Shown: positions 36,946 through 51,250 of the stretch, piece by piece
How the letters are laid out: each line of letters starts with the position of its first letter
Numbering within the stretch: the first letter of the stretch is position 1
From: Octopus bimaculoides
Lineage: Eukaryota
Direction: 5' to 3'
Assembly (NCBI RefSeq): GCF_001194135.2
Contig: NC_069001.1
Location: 37,709,802-37,773,801 of the forward strand
Length of the DNA stretch: 64,000 bases
Translations under genes and position numbers: made by a program
The notes under the pieces: model-generated
Seen by the model: the letters and a program-made list of their open reading frames with translations, nothing else
The model's database searches: none
What the model was told of the DNA's origin: nothing

Positions 36946-37789
36946 TCCTAATACTTTTTTTTTTTTACATTTCTCAGCTATTTATACAAGTGATAAGTTA
37001 ATGTTAAAAGATAGTTTATTATTAACATTTTATTTGCATCTCTCTATTTAGTCGTTATTCTTCACAAATTCAGTCCTTTTTTCATATTCCCGTTTGAATT
37101 GTTATCAACCTCGGCAGAACAAGGCCAATGGAATGATTCTGTCTGTTATCTGAGCTGTGTTTTCTTGATAGTTTGTACATGTGGGTGGGTCAGTGTGCGT
37201 GCCCATATAGATATATATATGTATGTGTGTGTGTGTGTGTATGCATGGTCTGGACATAGTTCTGTGGGCTGTCTATTGACAGTCTGCCGGACTTGTAAAA
37301 CGGTAAATACTGTGAAGGCAATAAAACGTGTGAAATATATGCGGATGATAGGACAACACAGAGGAGTGGGGGACGGGTTCGACCCCACAAGCCCCGTTCC
37401 ACCTCTGAACTCTTCAGTCACCCTTATGCCTTCACTTATGCAAGAATAAAACGTGTTCGCCACTTTCTTCATTTTTTTAACACATATATTGATTGGGCCA
37501 GTGACAAACGGGATTAAGTGTGGAAGCTTTGTTGTTATTTCTTGCATGCTGTGTGACTACTTTTGTGTTTCCGAGCTAACTCTTTTGTAATTAACCATTT
37601 ACACTAGGAAACATTTTCCAAAGTGTTTCCTTTTTCAAAACCTTCAAACACCTAAAGTGTCTCTTCTCACAAAACCACGATAATAAGTGTTGTAAAGGAA
37701 CTTGTTTTCGTCTATTTTAATAATAATAATAATAATAATAAAGATAAACCAATATGAGGGAAGTGCATTTTTTAAACATCACTGAAATA

Positions 37790-38330
37790 TGTACCCCCCT
37801 CACTTTGGTGCGTCTTAATTATACATCGAAGACGGCGATCGATAGATGATTGCAAATTAACCGAGGAAAGAAATAGCTACAACATTCTTTATTATGTCGA
37901 TGTGAAAAATCTAAATGAAGGTTTGTTGTAAAATATAGAAGTTGTGTTGAAGCTGTCATTGTCCTGTCTGAGTTGTGACTACTTGAATCGATCGTGACAT
38001 CTTCGTCATTGGCTCTGTATTAATATGTAAGTATTATTAATGGATACAACATCTACATTGTATAAGTTGTGTCTTCTTTCTACTACATTTGTTTGTTTGG
38101 TTGTGTTCAAAGATTATGGAAAGAAAGGTTACTGTTTCCAAAAGAAATTTTCCTAAAGTAACGATAGTGTCTTAATCCTCAAACGGGTCGGCTGTCACAT
38201 ATGTAATAGAAGTGAGTTGAAAAACTTGCTTTAGCTGACATTACCTATTGTTGTGTGAATACTTTCTCTATTTTCCTTTCCACTCTCTATTTCAATTATC
38301 GTTATTCCTCTACATCTTAATATCAACACA
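37790..38330 (+). promoter_or_regulatory. Conserved module, copy g (donor GT 38027; serves the 39699 gene)
   Basis: ttcgtcattggctctgtattaatat|gtaagtatt plus the complete intron block ending cttaatatcaacaca. Confidence 0.75.
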
Positions 38331-39698
38331 ACGAAAGTTTACACAAACCCCCCACTTTATGGTCTGAATCTAATCAAAATTTACTCTGGCCTTGTTTCAT
38401 AAAGTGTAAAAGTAATCAGCCTCGGTTACTTCGAAGCCTTCTGGGATCTTTCTGACCGAAAATTTTTATTTATTTACCTTTGTTTTAAAGTGAAAGATCT
38501 ATGTACGTGTATACGAAATAGATGTGTGTGTGTGAAAGAGAGAGCGAGAGAGAGTGAAGGGGCGTGTTGTCATGTATACATACATACATCAATACATATG
38601 CGTACACCCTTTTTGTGTGCATGTGTGTGTGTGTTTGAGAGAAAGAGAGTGTGTGTTGTCATGTATGTGTAAGAGGCACACTCTCTCTTTCTCTCCCGCT
38701 CTCTCTCTCTCTCACACACGTTCATACATCTTTCACTTTCTCTCTTTCACTTTATAACAGAAGTAACAGGTGATTTTCAGGATAAAAATTGTTAAAAAAA
38801 AAAAGGCTTCTATTCATGTAAATTGATTACTATTGTTTGGATAGTTCCAATTAAATAAGAGCAGAAGTTAGTTTAAATATATATACATGCATAAGTACCG
38901 TGAATTCCCATTCTACAAACTGGCAAACAATTCTGTGAATACTATACTGGGCAACGCTGGGTAGTAAAGTCTAGTATACATATATCATTGTATCAACCAG
39001 ATTATTGGATGTTGTTATACACCGCTAGTCACAATGCGCTTCATCACTTTTGAATGATGCCACCCTGCTGACTAGACAGGCCAGTTTTTCCTCTGAACAG
39101 AATGTCAGTCCATTGCAGGGTTGCCCATTTACAGCTAGGTTGCGCACGTACACACACACACATACGTGTGTGTATGCAGTATGTATATAAAGCTTTTAGT
39201 CATGAAAAAGGATGGATGTATTAGATGTGTTCCAATGTCCAGGTAGAAGTTTATAACTACAGTTTATCAATATTAGAAGAAATGGAATAAGATGTCCAGT
39301 GTTGAATGTCTTTGGTTTAAGTATCCTCAGCATTTTATATTTTGTTCTCTTTCCTTTCAGAATATCAAATGATATTCAGAATATCAAATGATATATAAAT
39401 GATATTATTTACCTGAGATCCATCAATGTTTATCCATCTTTTAAAGACAAATGGAAGATGTCGTACAGAACAAATGTAACCATTCATTATATAAATCTGT
39501 GGTAGAATTACTGTGAAATATTTACTCTGAGCTGATATTATTTGCAAAATAGCCATACATGATTTTGCTTTCTGAATAAATTTGGACAAAAATGGAGTTT
39601 GTGGTACATTCAAATCCCAACAAAGACCACAGTTGATGGAAGGAAATATCAAACGAAAACAAAATCTCTTGAATGTTTATGGTGCGAGACAAACAATT

Positions 39699-40970
39699 AT
39701 GGAAGATGAGTTGTGTGAGAATAAAGTTAAATGCGAAACTCTGGTTGAAAAGATTGATTTAGTTGACAAGAAAATGGAAGAGAATGGAAAACCTTTATAT
39801 CACTGTGACATCTGTAACAAGTCATTCTCTCAAAAAGGTAACCTTCGTATTCACAAACGTACTCATACTGGAGAAAAACCATTTCCCTGTGATATCTGTG
39901 GTGGATCCTTTGCTCAGAAGAATTCCTTAATTTTACACAAACGCATTCATACAGGTGAGAAACCATATCATTGTAATATCTGTGGTAAATCATTCTCTAC
40001 AAATTGTAACTTAACTAATCACACACGTATTCATACAGGAGAAAAACCATATCATTGTGATATCTGTGGCAAATCCTTTTCTCAAAATTGTGAATTAACT
40101 TCTCATAGACGCATTCACACAGGAGAGAAACCGTATCAGTGTGATATTTGTGGGAAATCATTCTCTGAGACAGGTATATTAACTTCTCACAAGCGTATTC
40201 ACACTGGAGAGAAACCATATTGTTGCGATATCTGTGGTAAATCATTCTCTCAGATAAGTCCCTTAACAAAGCACAAACGTATTCATACAGGAGAGAAACC
40301 ATATCAGTGTGGTATTTGTGGTAAATCGTTCTATGGAAGTAGCGAATTAACTGTACACAAACGTATTCATACAGGAGATAAACCATTCCACTGTGATATC
40401 TGTGGTAAATCATTCTCTGGGAGTGGTGTCTTAACTAAACACATACGTATCCACACAGGAGAAAAACCATATCACTGTGATATCTGTGGCAAATCATTCT
40501 GTGCAAGTAGTAACTTAACAACACACAAACGCATTCATACAGGAGAGAAACCATATTTCTGTGATATCTGTGGTAAATCATTCTCTGTAAGTACTCACTT
40601 AATTACACACAGGTACAGTCATACAGGAGAGAAACCATATTGCTGTGACATTTGTGGTAAATCATTTACAAGAAATAGTGACTTAAACATGCACAAGCAC
40701 ATTCATACAGGAGAGAAGCCATATTACTGTGATGTGTGTGGTAAATCATTTTTTAAAAGTGGTAATGTAACTAGACACAAACATATTCATACAGCAGAGC
40801 AACAGTTTTCTTGTGATATCTGTCATAAATCATTCTCTCAAAATAGTGAATTAACTAAGCACATACATATCCATACAGACGAGAAGCCATACCACTGTGA
40901 TGTCTGTGGCAATTCATTCTCTCAAGAAACCAATTTAACTTCACATATAAATAGTCATAAAGACCAATAA
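39699..40970 (+). CDS. C2H2 zinc-finger protein, 14 fingers
   Basis: Paralog-homologous ATG at 39699 (in-frame ATG also at 39636; ORF track uses TTG 39582). Acceptor at 39360. Confidence 0.94.
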   Translation: MEDELCENKVKCETLVEKIDLVDKKMEENGKPLYHCDICNKSFSQKGNLRIHKRTHTGEKPFPCDICGGSFAQKNSLILHKRIHTGEKPYHCNICGKSFSTNCNLTNHTRIHTGEKPYHCDICGKSFSQNCELTSHRRIHTGEKPYQCDICGKSFSETGILTSHKRIHTGEKPYCCDICGKSFSQISPLTKHKRIHTGEKPYQCGICGKSFYGSSELTVHKRIHTGDKPFHCDICGKSFSGSGVLTKHIRIHTGEKPYHCDICGKSFCASSNLTTHKRIHTGEKPYFCDICGKSFSVSTHLITHRYSHTGEKPYCCDICGKSFTRNSDLNMHKHIHTGEKPYYCDVCGKSFFKSGNVTRHKHIHTAEQQFSCDICHKSFSQNSELTKHIHIHTDEKPYHCDVCGNSFSQETNLTSHINSHKDQ

Positions 40971-41429
40971 CTGAACCAAAATTTAAATTCATTTGATTTA
41001 GTTTTTATTGATTAAATGAATTTTTCCCTTTTCTTTTTTCGTATAATTAGTCATATAATGAATGTTGATACTTTCCCATAGAGTAAGTTGCTAATTTTAT
41101 CAACAAACACCAAGTCTCCTCTACATAGGAAAATATTGATATTTGTAAATTTTAATAATGATAATTCTCCTTAATGGTAAACTTCATAGTTTACTGTTTT
41201 TTTTTGTTTTTGTTTTCTCTTTTTTGATGAATTTTTTTTTTTTTCTTGTTTGCAAATCTAATTATGAAATAACGAATATTCATGCCCTATAGTATTATTT
41301 AAATGTTTGAGTATAAACAACAAAATGGGAAAAGATTAATTTGATCAACAAAAGTTAAGTGTATGTTGTACTATATCATAACAGTCAGAATTCATTGAAT
41401 GTAAAAAAATCTTATATGATAATAAATGT

Positions 41430-41560
41430 ATTGAGACGTGAAAGTGGGAGTCCCAGGAAGATATGGGATGAAGTACTGAAGAACGACCTCAGGTCACTGC
41501 ACCTTTCAGGTGAGATGACAAAAGACTAAGATGCCTGGTGCCTTGCTGTACTCCAGAAGA
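41430..41560 (+). mobile_element. RTE LINE ORF2 C-terminal remnant
   Basis: Translates to ...PRKIWDEVLKNDLRSLHLSGEMTKD*DAWCLAVLQKT. Confidence 0.7.
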
Positions 41561-42789
41561 CTCGTACTCCATACATTAAATGGTGATGCTGACACATCAA
41601 AGAAGATATCACAGTGTGATAACAACCTGCTGACACTATTTTATATAACCAAAAGGATATCAACACACTGGTAACTTACAGCTATGATGTGTATAAGAAA
41701 ATTATTCTTTCAGAATATTCCATGGGAAAAAAGATACAATTGATTTTATTTGACATTGTGGGTAAATAACTAAATAACTGAGAAATCTATTCTCATAAGC
41801 TATGTTATAACATCCCTGTACAGTTATTAGGTAAAAAATAAATTCAGAAACCATTAAAGAAAATATTTCATTTTTATCATTATGTACATATATCTTGTAT
41901 GTATTCTGGATCTTCTATACATTGTTTCATGTATTTTACATATTTTAAATGTTATTATGGATGTATCCCACCAAGGGACCAATTCTGATGTTGGTTTTCA
42001 TTTCTACAATTTTATCATTTCTTTTATTTCTAGTATGATTCCTTCATGACTTGAGGGTTAAACTGAATGTTAATTTGCAAGTATGAATGAAACCTTAAAC
42101 TTGATATACACGACCTTAATCATGTGATTGACCAGGCTATCAGATGTTGTTACACATCGCTGGTCACAATGTGTTTTGCATAGTTTTAGCTTTCGAGTGA
42201 TGCCACGCCACTGACTAGGCAAACAGGCCAACATTGCCCCTGATCAGAAGGCTAGTCAGTCAGAGGGGGACCCATGAACAGCTGAGTGGACTGGAACAAC
42301 TTGAAAATGAAGGGTTTTGCACAAGAACACAGTGTTGCTCAGTGCAAGAATTGAACCCACGGTTTAGCAACCACGAGTGCAACATCCTAACCACTTAGCC
42401 ACATGCCTATTAGATGTGTGTGTAAATATATACATACAGTATACTAACAACAAATGACAACTGTGAATTGTTTCACCGTACTCTAAGCTCAATACCAGCC
42501 AACCCTGGTACCCTACATGTTGATATACTGAGATTCTAATGAACCATGCAATTATATGTGAATATAGATATGTATGAAGATACATATATAAATCAACAAG
42601 TGTACAATAAGATCCATGATGGTTGGGTCCAAGAAATATAAAGTTCCAATGGTAATTCAGGTGAAGTGGTTCAAGAGAGGTAGCAAAGGTCTATGAAGAC
42701 AGTAGGAATGGAGATGAGGATCCAAGAGAGAAGGAAGTTCAGTCAGGCAAGATGTGTTCCCTCACCTGTCTCTGTCATATATATATACA

Positions 42790-43420
42790 CAGGTAGCGGT
42801 GAATAAACTGTTGTCTAAATTAGGCAAAAATGAAAATAACACTGACATCTCATTTTAACAGATATATTTACCAAAATTACATTACAATATCTTGAAATAC
42901 TAAAGAGTAAATTTGTTCAATAAAATCCCCATTGGCTTCAACCACAGCCTCCAAGTGACTTTGGAATCTCCTGCAACTCTTCTGGACGGTCTTGTTCAAG
43001 TTGGTGAATGCTGCCATAATCCTTGCCTTCAGTTCATTTTTGGTGTTACAAGGAGTTTTGTTGGTCTCTCACTCAACTGCACCCCACACATAATAAAGGG
43101 GGTTGCAGTCTGAGGAGTTAGATGGCCGGATGTTAGGGGTGATGTGGTCGCAGAAATTGTCTGACAGCCATGACTGGGTCCTCCTGCTTGTGTGGCAGGG
43201 TGCAGAGTCCTGTTTCCAGACATAGGGTCTCCCAGCAGTCACTCTCCTGACTCAGGGCAGCACTACTTCCTTCAGGTACATGATGTAGGCCTCTATATTG
43301 AGTCTGAGGCTGTGTGGGAAGATGAATGAAGGTATAATATTGCTATCACTAGTGATCACTCCAAACACCATGATGTTGACTGGATGTTTGATTTTTATCT
43401 CTCAGTGTGTCTTCAGATTG
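42790..43420 (-). mobile_element. maT (DD37D)-like Tc1/mariner transposase remnant
   Basis: GRPYVWKQDSAPCHTSRRTQSWLSDNFCDHITPNIRPSNSSDCNPL-YYVWGAVE*, continuing to ...HLEAVVEANGDFIE. Confidence 0.85.
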
Positions 43421-44792
43421 ACACCCAAACACTCTGAAATGTTCATATTGGAGCTTCCGGTGTAAATGCCAAGCAGTACAGCATGTTGTTTCCAAATTTC
43501 TGGTGGAGTGAATTGCGTCATGGTGCTGTTTTTATCACAGACTGTGCCCAACTGACCCTACTATACTGTGTAGTTGACAAAATCAAAAACAATGTGCATG
43601 CACGAAATTAAAAATATAAAATGATGACAATTTACCCATTGCACCTTCTGTGTGTGCGTGTGTGAAGGCACATGGCTCAGTGGTTAGAGTGTTAGGCTCA
43701 CAGTCATGAGGTAGTGAGTTCAATTCCTGGACCAGGCTGTGTATTGTGTTCTTGATCAAGATACTTTTTCATGTTGCTCCAGTTTACTCAGCTGTAGAAA
43801 TGAGTTGTGACATCACCCGTGCCAAGCTGTATCAGCCTTTGCCTTTCCCTTGGATAACATCGGTGGTGTGGAGAGGGGGGGGGGCTGGTATGCATGGGCG
43901 ACTGCAGGTCTTCCACAAACAACCTTGCGCCGCATTTAATGTTTGTTTTCCATGATGCTGGAGTGAGTTGGACAGTTTGATAGGAAGTGGCAAACCAGAG
44001 AACTGCACAAAGCTCTATTGTCTGCTTTGGTATAGTTACTGTGGCTGATGCCTTCCTGAAGCCAACCACTTTACAAATTGTACTGAGTGCTTTTTACAAG
44101 GCACCTGCACCAACAGGGTCAACAAGTATCTCGTAGAACAAAGACCCCTTGACTGGGAGGGGGAGTAGTATTGAAGGATAGATATTTTGCTGTTGAGATA
44201 CATCGCTACACCAGTTGGACACAGAGAGAGAGAGAGTTGGTGATGGAGATGCATCGGAACATATCCTCAAAGTACAGTGGTATACATTATGTAGACGGTT
44301 AAAATCCCAGCTGTGTCCTCTTGAAGCAGATCTGCTTATTTCAGCATTGCAATTCAGTGGGTAGTTGTTATATTTATGTGAAGTACAGATCAGAGTTGGA
44401 ACATTCAGCAAGTATTAGTTGGAGAGTAATTACATAACAAAAGAAGAAGTTTGAACAATTTTTTGGTATTATTTATTCACCATTATACATGTTTCATTTC
44501 CTAATAGGAATCACAAAAGTGCACGTCAGATAAATGTGTAAGCAATTTCCTATTGAAAATTCTTCAGACGGAATCAAATATAAAATTTACATTTGGATGA
44601 AACATTTATGCATGGTAATCAAGTGTCATATAAATAGTTGGGAGAGAGAATAAAGAGTAAATCGAGCAGTGAGTGTATATGCATTTACACACATACACTA
44701 GATTAAGAGGAAGGCAAAACTAATTTGATCAACAAAATTTGACTTAATACAGAGGTTGCACTGTAGTATAACAGTGACTTCAACATTAATAG

Positions 44793-45980
44793 TCATTGTT
44801 GTATATGAATACTTACATGTGTAGCCAAATTACTTCTTTGAGAAAATGACTTACCACAGATATTACAGTGATATGGCTTTTCTCCTGTATGAATACGCTT
44901 GTGAATAGTTATGTTACCACTATGAGAAAATGATTTCCCACAGATATTACAATAATAAGGTTTCTCACCTGTATGGATGCGTTTATGAGAAGTTAAGTAA
45001 CTGCTTCCAGAGAATGATTTGCCACAGATATCACAGTGATATGGTTTTTCACCTTCATGAACGTGCTTGTGAATAATCAGATTACCTTTTTGAGAGAATG
45101 ATTTACTGCAAATATCACAGTGATATAGTTTCTCTCCAGTATGAACCCGTATGTGTTTAGTTAAATGACTATTTTGAGAGAATGATTTACCACAGATACT
45201 ACAGTGATATGGTTTCTGTCCTGTGTGAATACGTTTATGCATAGTTAATTCACTACTTCCAGAGAATGATTTACCACAGATGTCGCAATGATATGGCTTC
45301 TCTCCTGTATGAATAAGTTTGTGCGTTGTTAAGTGACTCAACTGAATGAATGATTTATCACAGATATCACAGTGATATGGTTTTTCCCTTGTGTGAATAC
45401 GTTTGTGTTTGTTTACAGCACTACTTACAGAGAATGATTTACCACATAAATCACATTGATATGGCTTCTCCCCTGTATGAATGTGTTTGTGTATAGTCAA
45501 GTGGCTACTTACAGAAAATGATTTACCACAGATATCACAGTGATTTGGTTTCTCTCCTGTATGAATACGTTTGTGAGAATTTACAGCACTACTTACAGAG
45601 AATGATTTACCACAAATATCACACTGATATGGCTTCTCTCCTGTGTGAACACGTTTGTGAGTAGTTAAGTTACTAATTTGAGAGAATGATTTCCCACAGA
45701 TATCACAATGATAGGGCTTCTCATCTGTATGGATACGTTTGTGAGAAGTTAAGGCACTATTCACAGAGAATGATTTACCACAGACATCGCACTGATACGG
45801 CTTTTCACCTGTATGAATACGTTTATGGGCAGTTAGGCTACTTTTTCCAGAGAATGACTTTTTACAAACATCACACTGATGTATTTTTTCTTTTTTTTTC
45901 TTTTTATCATTAGGAAAATCAACAATCCTCTTAGACTCCGTTTCACATTCAATATTACTTTCACTCAACTCATTTTCCAT
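44793..45980 (-). CDS. C2H2 zinc-finger protein, 13 fingers
   Basis: The ORF track uses GTG 46001; the homologous ATG is at 45980. Acceptor at 46296. Confidence 0.94.
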   Translation of the reverse strand: MENELSESNIECETESKRIVDFPNDKKKKKEKIHQCDVCKKSFSGKSSLTAHKRIHTGEKPYQCDVCGKSFSVNSALTSHKRIHTDEKPYHCDICGKSFSQISNLTTHKRVHTGEKPYQCDICGKSFSVSSAVNSHKRIHTGEKPNHCDICGKSFSVSSHLTIHKHIHTGEKPYQCDLCGKSFSVSSAVNKHKRIHTREKPYHCDICDKSFIQLSHLTTHKLIHTGEKPYHCDICGKSFSGSSELTMHKRIHTGQKPYHCSICGKSFSQNSHLTKHIRVHTGEKLYHCDICSKSFSQKGNLIIHKHVHEGEKPYHCDICGKSFSGSSYLTSHKRIHTGEKPYYCNICGKSFSHSGNITIHKRIHTGEKPYHCNICGKSFSQRSNLATHVSIHIQQ

Positions 45981-48384
45981 TATTTTTTTGTCTCTCACCA
46001 CAACATAAAAAGGTTTCCCTTCTTTTAGTTTTTAGTTTATTGTTAATAATTATTTCTTCCGCTATACATACATTTGCTACAATCTTTGTCAATTTTGAAG
46101 ATGTTGCAAACTCTTTTGTAATCCAAAGTGAAGTAGGGATGTTTTGAAAACTAATCTCAGTTCACGGCAAATGCTTCACAGTAATTCTACCATAGATTTA
46201 TATAATGAGGGTTATATCTGCTCTCAATCTTCTTTTAATCTTTAAAAGATGATCCAAAAGTAAAATATTCTTTTATTCCAATGTGATATGATATTCTGAA
46301 ATAAAAGAGAAACAAAATAAAATATACTTAAAAAGTGGACATTCTAGTACATTTCTTCTATATTAGTAAATTGTATATATAAACACTTACATGAACAGTG
46401 GAACTCATTTAACACATCCAGCCCTTTTCATGACTAAAAGTTGTATACACAGTGGGAGCCACTTAATTGCAGACATCTAAGTTATTGTTACATCTGCTGG
46501 CGAATGTTATCAGCCAGTTACTATCTGAACAACAACAAATAGATAAAACATGGAGATGCAAACAAACGAACACCGGTTGTTAAGTGGTGAGAGGACGACA
46601 AACACAAAGATAGATGACCTGCCCACCACAATAGAAATGATATCCTAAAATGAAGGTGCCATGTAAAAAGCACTGATGCTATGTAAAAGGCACCCTGTAC
46701 ACTCTGTAAAGTTTTTGGCATTAGGAAGAGCATCCAACTGTAGAAACCAAGCCAAAAGAGATTATGAAACCTGGTGCGGCCCCTCGTCTTGCCAGTTCCT
46801 GTCAAACCGTCTAACCCATGCCAACGGACGTTAGATGATGATGGTAAACGACAGGCTTCCACACATTTTCTGTCTACTAAATTCACTAACGAGGTATTGG
46901 TCACCCAGGAGCTATATTTCAAGACACTTGATTAAGATTCCACGTAGTGGAACCGAACCTGAAACAATGTGGTTACAAAGTGAGACTCTTAACCACATGG
47001 CGATGCCTGCGCCTCGTAAGATTAACAAAAGAAAAAAAAAATCGGGAGGTGTTTCAGAATATTCTACTCTGACTCTATTCCGTCGAAACTCCCTCTCTCT
47101 CCCTCTTTAAAATGAGTATCTTTAAATGACAGTTTAAAGAAATACGTTTTGGGAATCTAAAAATAAAAGGTGACAAATTACTCACATTACAGAAATTGAG
47201 GTTTAGAAAGTCGGGGACAAAAGAAGGGAAAGGGTCCTAATCAACCCCCACCCTCACCCAATTGGTTTTCTAAATTTTATAATCGTAGCTGTGTGATTAC
47301 GAAGGTTGCTTTGCAACCATGTGGTCTTCGGTTCAATCAGACTGTGAGGCACCTTGACCAACTGTCTTCTATAGTCCTGGGCAGACCAATAAATTTGGTA
47401 GACGTTAACTAAAGAAGCCCGCCGCGCGCGCGCGTCGTTGTGTTTGTGCTTTGTCCCCACACTGCTTGACAACCGGTGTTGGTTGGTTTTATGTCTCCGT
47501 AATCTCGCGGCTCGGTAAAAGCGACCATTTGAATAAGCAGTGGGCTTATATGTACCAGAGTTCATCACGGCCACATTCCAAGCAAAAGGTAATTGTAATC
47601 TCGAAAATGTATTTCTGCAAAAGTTTCTAACAAATTCGGAATGTGGGGCATCAATCTCTAGTTATACCCATACACGTTTCGTATTTACAGACATTGACCG
47701 AAGTCTGTGTATTTCCACAGATGATGTTTAGCATTCACACAACTTAATTACTGGTACAAATTGATCACTGAAATAATACACAATATTACACGGTAATAAA
47801 ATGAAGCGATTGAAAGGTAATATAAACTATAATGTGTGATGTAAAATTAGTAAGAGGAAGAAAGACATGTATACGGTGTGACTTGAATATGTCAGAGGAT
47901 GTTGTCAATCCCGTGCAATTGGCTGCCACATGTGAGTTGAAAAACTTGTTTTAACTGACATTACCTATTGTTGTCTTAATACATTCACTGTTTTTCTTTC
48001 CACTCACCATTTCAATTATCGTTATTCCCCCTTAAGTGAAGATCAACTCAAAGAGAAAGTATTTCGTAAGGTCACTTCAATGCATTGTATAATCACAATT
48101 TATGTTTATTTCTAGCATATAAACTTGACGAACTTTTGTCCAACATCGCTAATTTTAAGTGGTTTTGATGTTGCTAGTCAAAGATCATTATTAATTCTCC
48201 ACTCCATCACAGAATCTAAAATCGGTGATTAATAATATTGAAGCATTAAAAATACAATTGAACAACAGATATATTTGTGTGTAAACATCTATACACAAAT
48301 ATATTCATGTATTGAGTTCTAACAAACACGCATGCATACAAATAATAGGTGTAGGCTGGGTTAGTATTCGACATGTCCGACAGA

Positions 48385-48640
48385 ATTTCCTTACTTCACT
48401 TTCTTTCCTTTATCTTTGAACACATCCAAACATACAGATGTAGTAGAAAGAGGACACGACCTATACAATGTAGATGATGTTTCTGTTAATAATACTTACA
48501 TATTAATACAGAGCCAATGACGAAGATGTCACGATCGATTCAAGTAGTCACAACTCAGAATGGACAATGACAGCTTCAACACAACTTCTATATTTTACAA
48601 CAAATCTTCATTTAGATTTTCATATCGTCGTAAAGACTGT
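48385..48640 (-). promoter_or_regulatory. Conserved module, copy h, exon-1 part (donor GT 48499; serves the 44793 gene)
   Basis: aatacttacatattaatacagagccaatgacgaagatgtcacgatcgattcaagtagtcacaactcag. Confidence 0.75.
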
Positions 48641-49034
48641 AGAAGCGATTTCTTTCTACAGATAATTAGCAATAATCATTTCTATTTAATTGGATCCCCT
48701 AAGTGTTAGTTTTAAATTCGATCTGACCCAGTAAAAAAGATGCTTACCAAACAACAGATTTAGTTCGTTTTAACAATAAACTGTAAGAACAACTAACTCT
48801 AATCTTTTTTTCAATAGATCCTAGTCTGCAATCACCAACCAACACGGTGACCTTTTTCTGCAGGTGCTCAGGAAAATGTACCTCCCTGGCATTGGTGTTC
48901 ATTAATGTGTGTCTATCTCTATACAGACAGACAAAACTGAAAAACATTTGTCAATTTAAGTGAAACATAAAGCAATGGGGGTAAAGTATAAAAATGACGG
49001 AAACGAATAAATAAAAATTAAAAATACATTATTA

Positions 49035-49810
49035 TTGAAGTTAATATTGGTTTCAAATTTTGGCACAGGGCCAGCAAGTTCGGGGGGGGGGGGTAAGGGG
49101 TTCGTTGATTACCTCAACCCTCAGGGCTCAACTGGTACTTATTTTATCGACCTTGAAAGGATGAATAGCAAAGTCGATGCTAGTGGCGTTTAAACCCAGA
49201 ACGTAAATATGAAATGTCGCCAAGCATTTTTTTCTTCGGTGTGGTAACCACTTTACTGTTGGAGATGATATTATTTAGATTCTGCCTAGGTCAACTTTGC
49301 CTTTTCTCCTTTCGGGCTCGATAAATTAAGTACCAGTGAAACACTGGGGTCGATGTAATTGACTAGTCCCCTCCCCCTGTGCCTTTAGTAGAAAGGATAT
49401 TATTATTAAGGCAGCGAAGTTGGTGATCAGCAAGAAATCGTAATAGCACGGCATTTCTTCTAACGCTACGTTCAACCTTGACTTTCATCCCTCAGTGATC
49501 GAGAAAATAAAGTAGCAGCCAAGAACTGGGTCTGTGTAATTGACTGGCCCCTTTCCTCAAATTTCTGGTCTTGTGCCTATAATAGAAAGCCTTATTAAGA
49601 CGACGAGCCGGCTGAATCGTAAGCACGCCGGACAAAATGCTTAGCGGTATTTTTCCTGACTATGTTCTGAGTTCAGATGTCACTGAGGTCAACTTCACCT
49701 TTCATCCTACTGTGATCGATGAAATAAGTACCACTTGAACACTAGGGTCGATATTGCCCCCCCCCCCTCCAGAATTTTAGTCCTTGCACATATAGTAGAA
49801 AAGGGTTAGT
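49035..49810. mobile_element. SINE array: one inverted copy plus three head-to-tail copies
   Basis: Repeated ggtcaactttgcctttcatcc...gtcgataaattaagtaccag...tagtagaaagg units of about 200 bp. Confidence 0.65.
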
Positions 49811-50062
49811 ATAAAAACACGGTTTTTATTTCTCAACTCTATTGTCATTTAAAAAAATGAATTTATTTTGAAAAGTAAACAAAAGTTCATTTTTATATTT
49901 AGTTGGTGAAAACAGATTTTATTGTTTCTTGGGTGGGTCAAAAAAGGACATGTTGTTGAAGTGATGGGTGGCAACTACAAGGACTCTCAAGAACCTATCT
50001 GATTGATTGACCAAATGATTAATAAAACAATCAATTAGTTATTTGGTTAACTAGTTGACTAA

Positions 50063-50818
50063 TAATAATAATAATAATGCCCTGATGCAGTACCAGGCAG
50101 TGGCTTTCATGACACCTGATCTTAACTGATAAAAGATGGGCTACAGCAAATATTCTGCTCAATACCACAGATTTGCTTGTTGGTTGCTTGATCTTAATCA
50201 GTTGAGCATGTCCCTTAGTGGCTGACGATATGTGGATCTCTGATCACAAGCAGAAGTAGTGGGGGAGAATCATAGCCATGTGTTGAAAGGAATTCTTTGG
50301 GGTGTGAATAATTCAGCTCTGGAAACATGGGTGTTTCATCCAACATACTTAAACAACCCTTATTCAGGGACCTTTTGATGGGGATGGGCTACTCAACCTG
50401 AAGAAAATTGTAACTGGGCCCTATCTGCTTAGTCATGCACTGTTTATCTTGATGTGAGATCATGTCATGCGCATATGGTTGTGATGCATGCTCCTGGTGT
50501 ATTCTTATCAGATGGGTATACTCAGCTTTGTATATTTTACCCCAGTGTCACTTTGATGGCAGCACTGTTCTCTCACTCAATAATAATAATAAATGCCCTG
50601 ATACAGTACTAGGCAGTGGCTCTCATGGCTTTTGTTCTTAACAGATTGGAAGTGATATCATGTACATTACTTTGTTTTGGTATAAAAGATGGGCTGCAGC
50701 AAATATTCTACTTAATACCACAGATTTGCTTGATCTTAATCAGTTGAGCATGTCCCTTAGTGGCTGATGATATGTGCATTTCTGATCACAAGCAGAAGTA
50801 GTGGGGGGAGCATCATAT
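50063..50818 (+). repeat. Tandem direct repeat (~520-bp unit plus a partial copy), each starting with (AAT)n; possibly Penelope-like
   Basis: aataataataatgccctgatgcagtaccaggcagtggc at ~50065 and ~50581, with a shared downstream block. Confidence 0.7.
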
Positions 50819-50959
50819 TAGGAATTATATTGAAAAAGAGATAAAATATTTTGTGATTTGTAGAAGTGTAACTAATTTATTACATATAAATTTTAACAAC
50901 AAAATTATATGAACCCTAGTTGAGAACCACTGGTTTAAGGCATCTTCTTTACCCTTTTT

Positions 50960-51250
50960 AACAGTTAACGCTGCTACACCAGTCATCAGCTATGTACCTC
51001 CCTGTAAAACTTGATTAACATGGATGACTAAGCTGTATCCTTCTCCACTAGATATTTTAAGCATCCCAGTGTTAATTCCTGTCGGACTTAGGGATTTACC
51101 TGTTTTCATATCCTTAATTACCTTATCTATAACATTGCTGTCAACTTGGATATTCAGCCCCTTTGTTGGGTCCACATTGGCAAAAACCCAATTTTTCCAA
51201 GTCATTCTCTACTTTCAACCCTTTTGTTACAATATTTCTGTTGAGATGCT
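50960..51250 (-). mobile_element. RTE LINE ORF2 (pre-RT region) remnant
   Basis: VIDKVIKDMKTGKSLSPTGINTGMLKISSG resembles the K.GKAPGPSGI.AEMLK motif. Confidence 0.75.

Noticed and set aside
50330-50375. Minus-strand ctgaataa...gaaac resembling a hammerhead
   Set aside because: G8 is missing and there is no convincing stem II.
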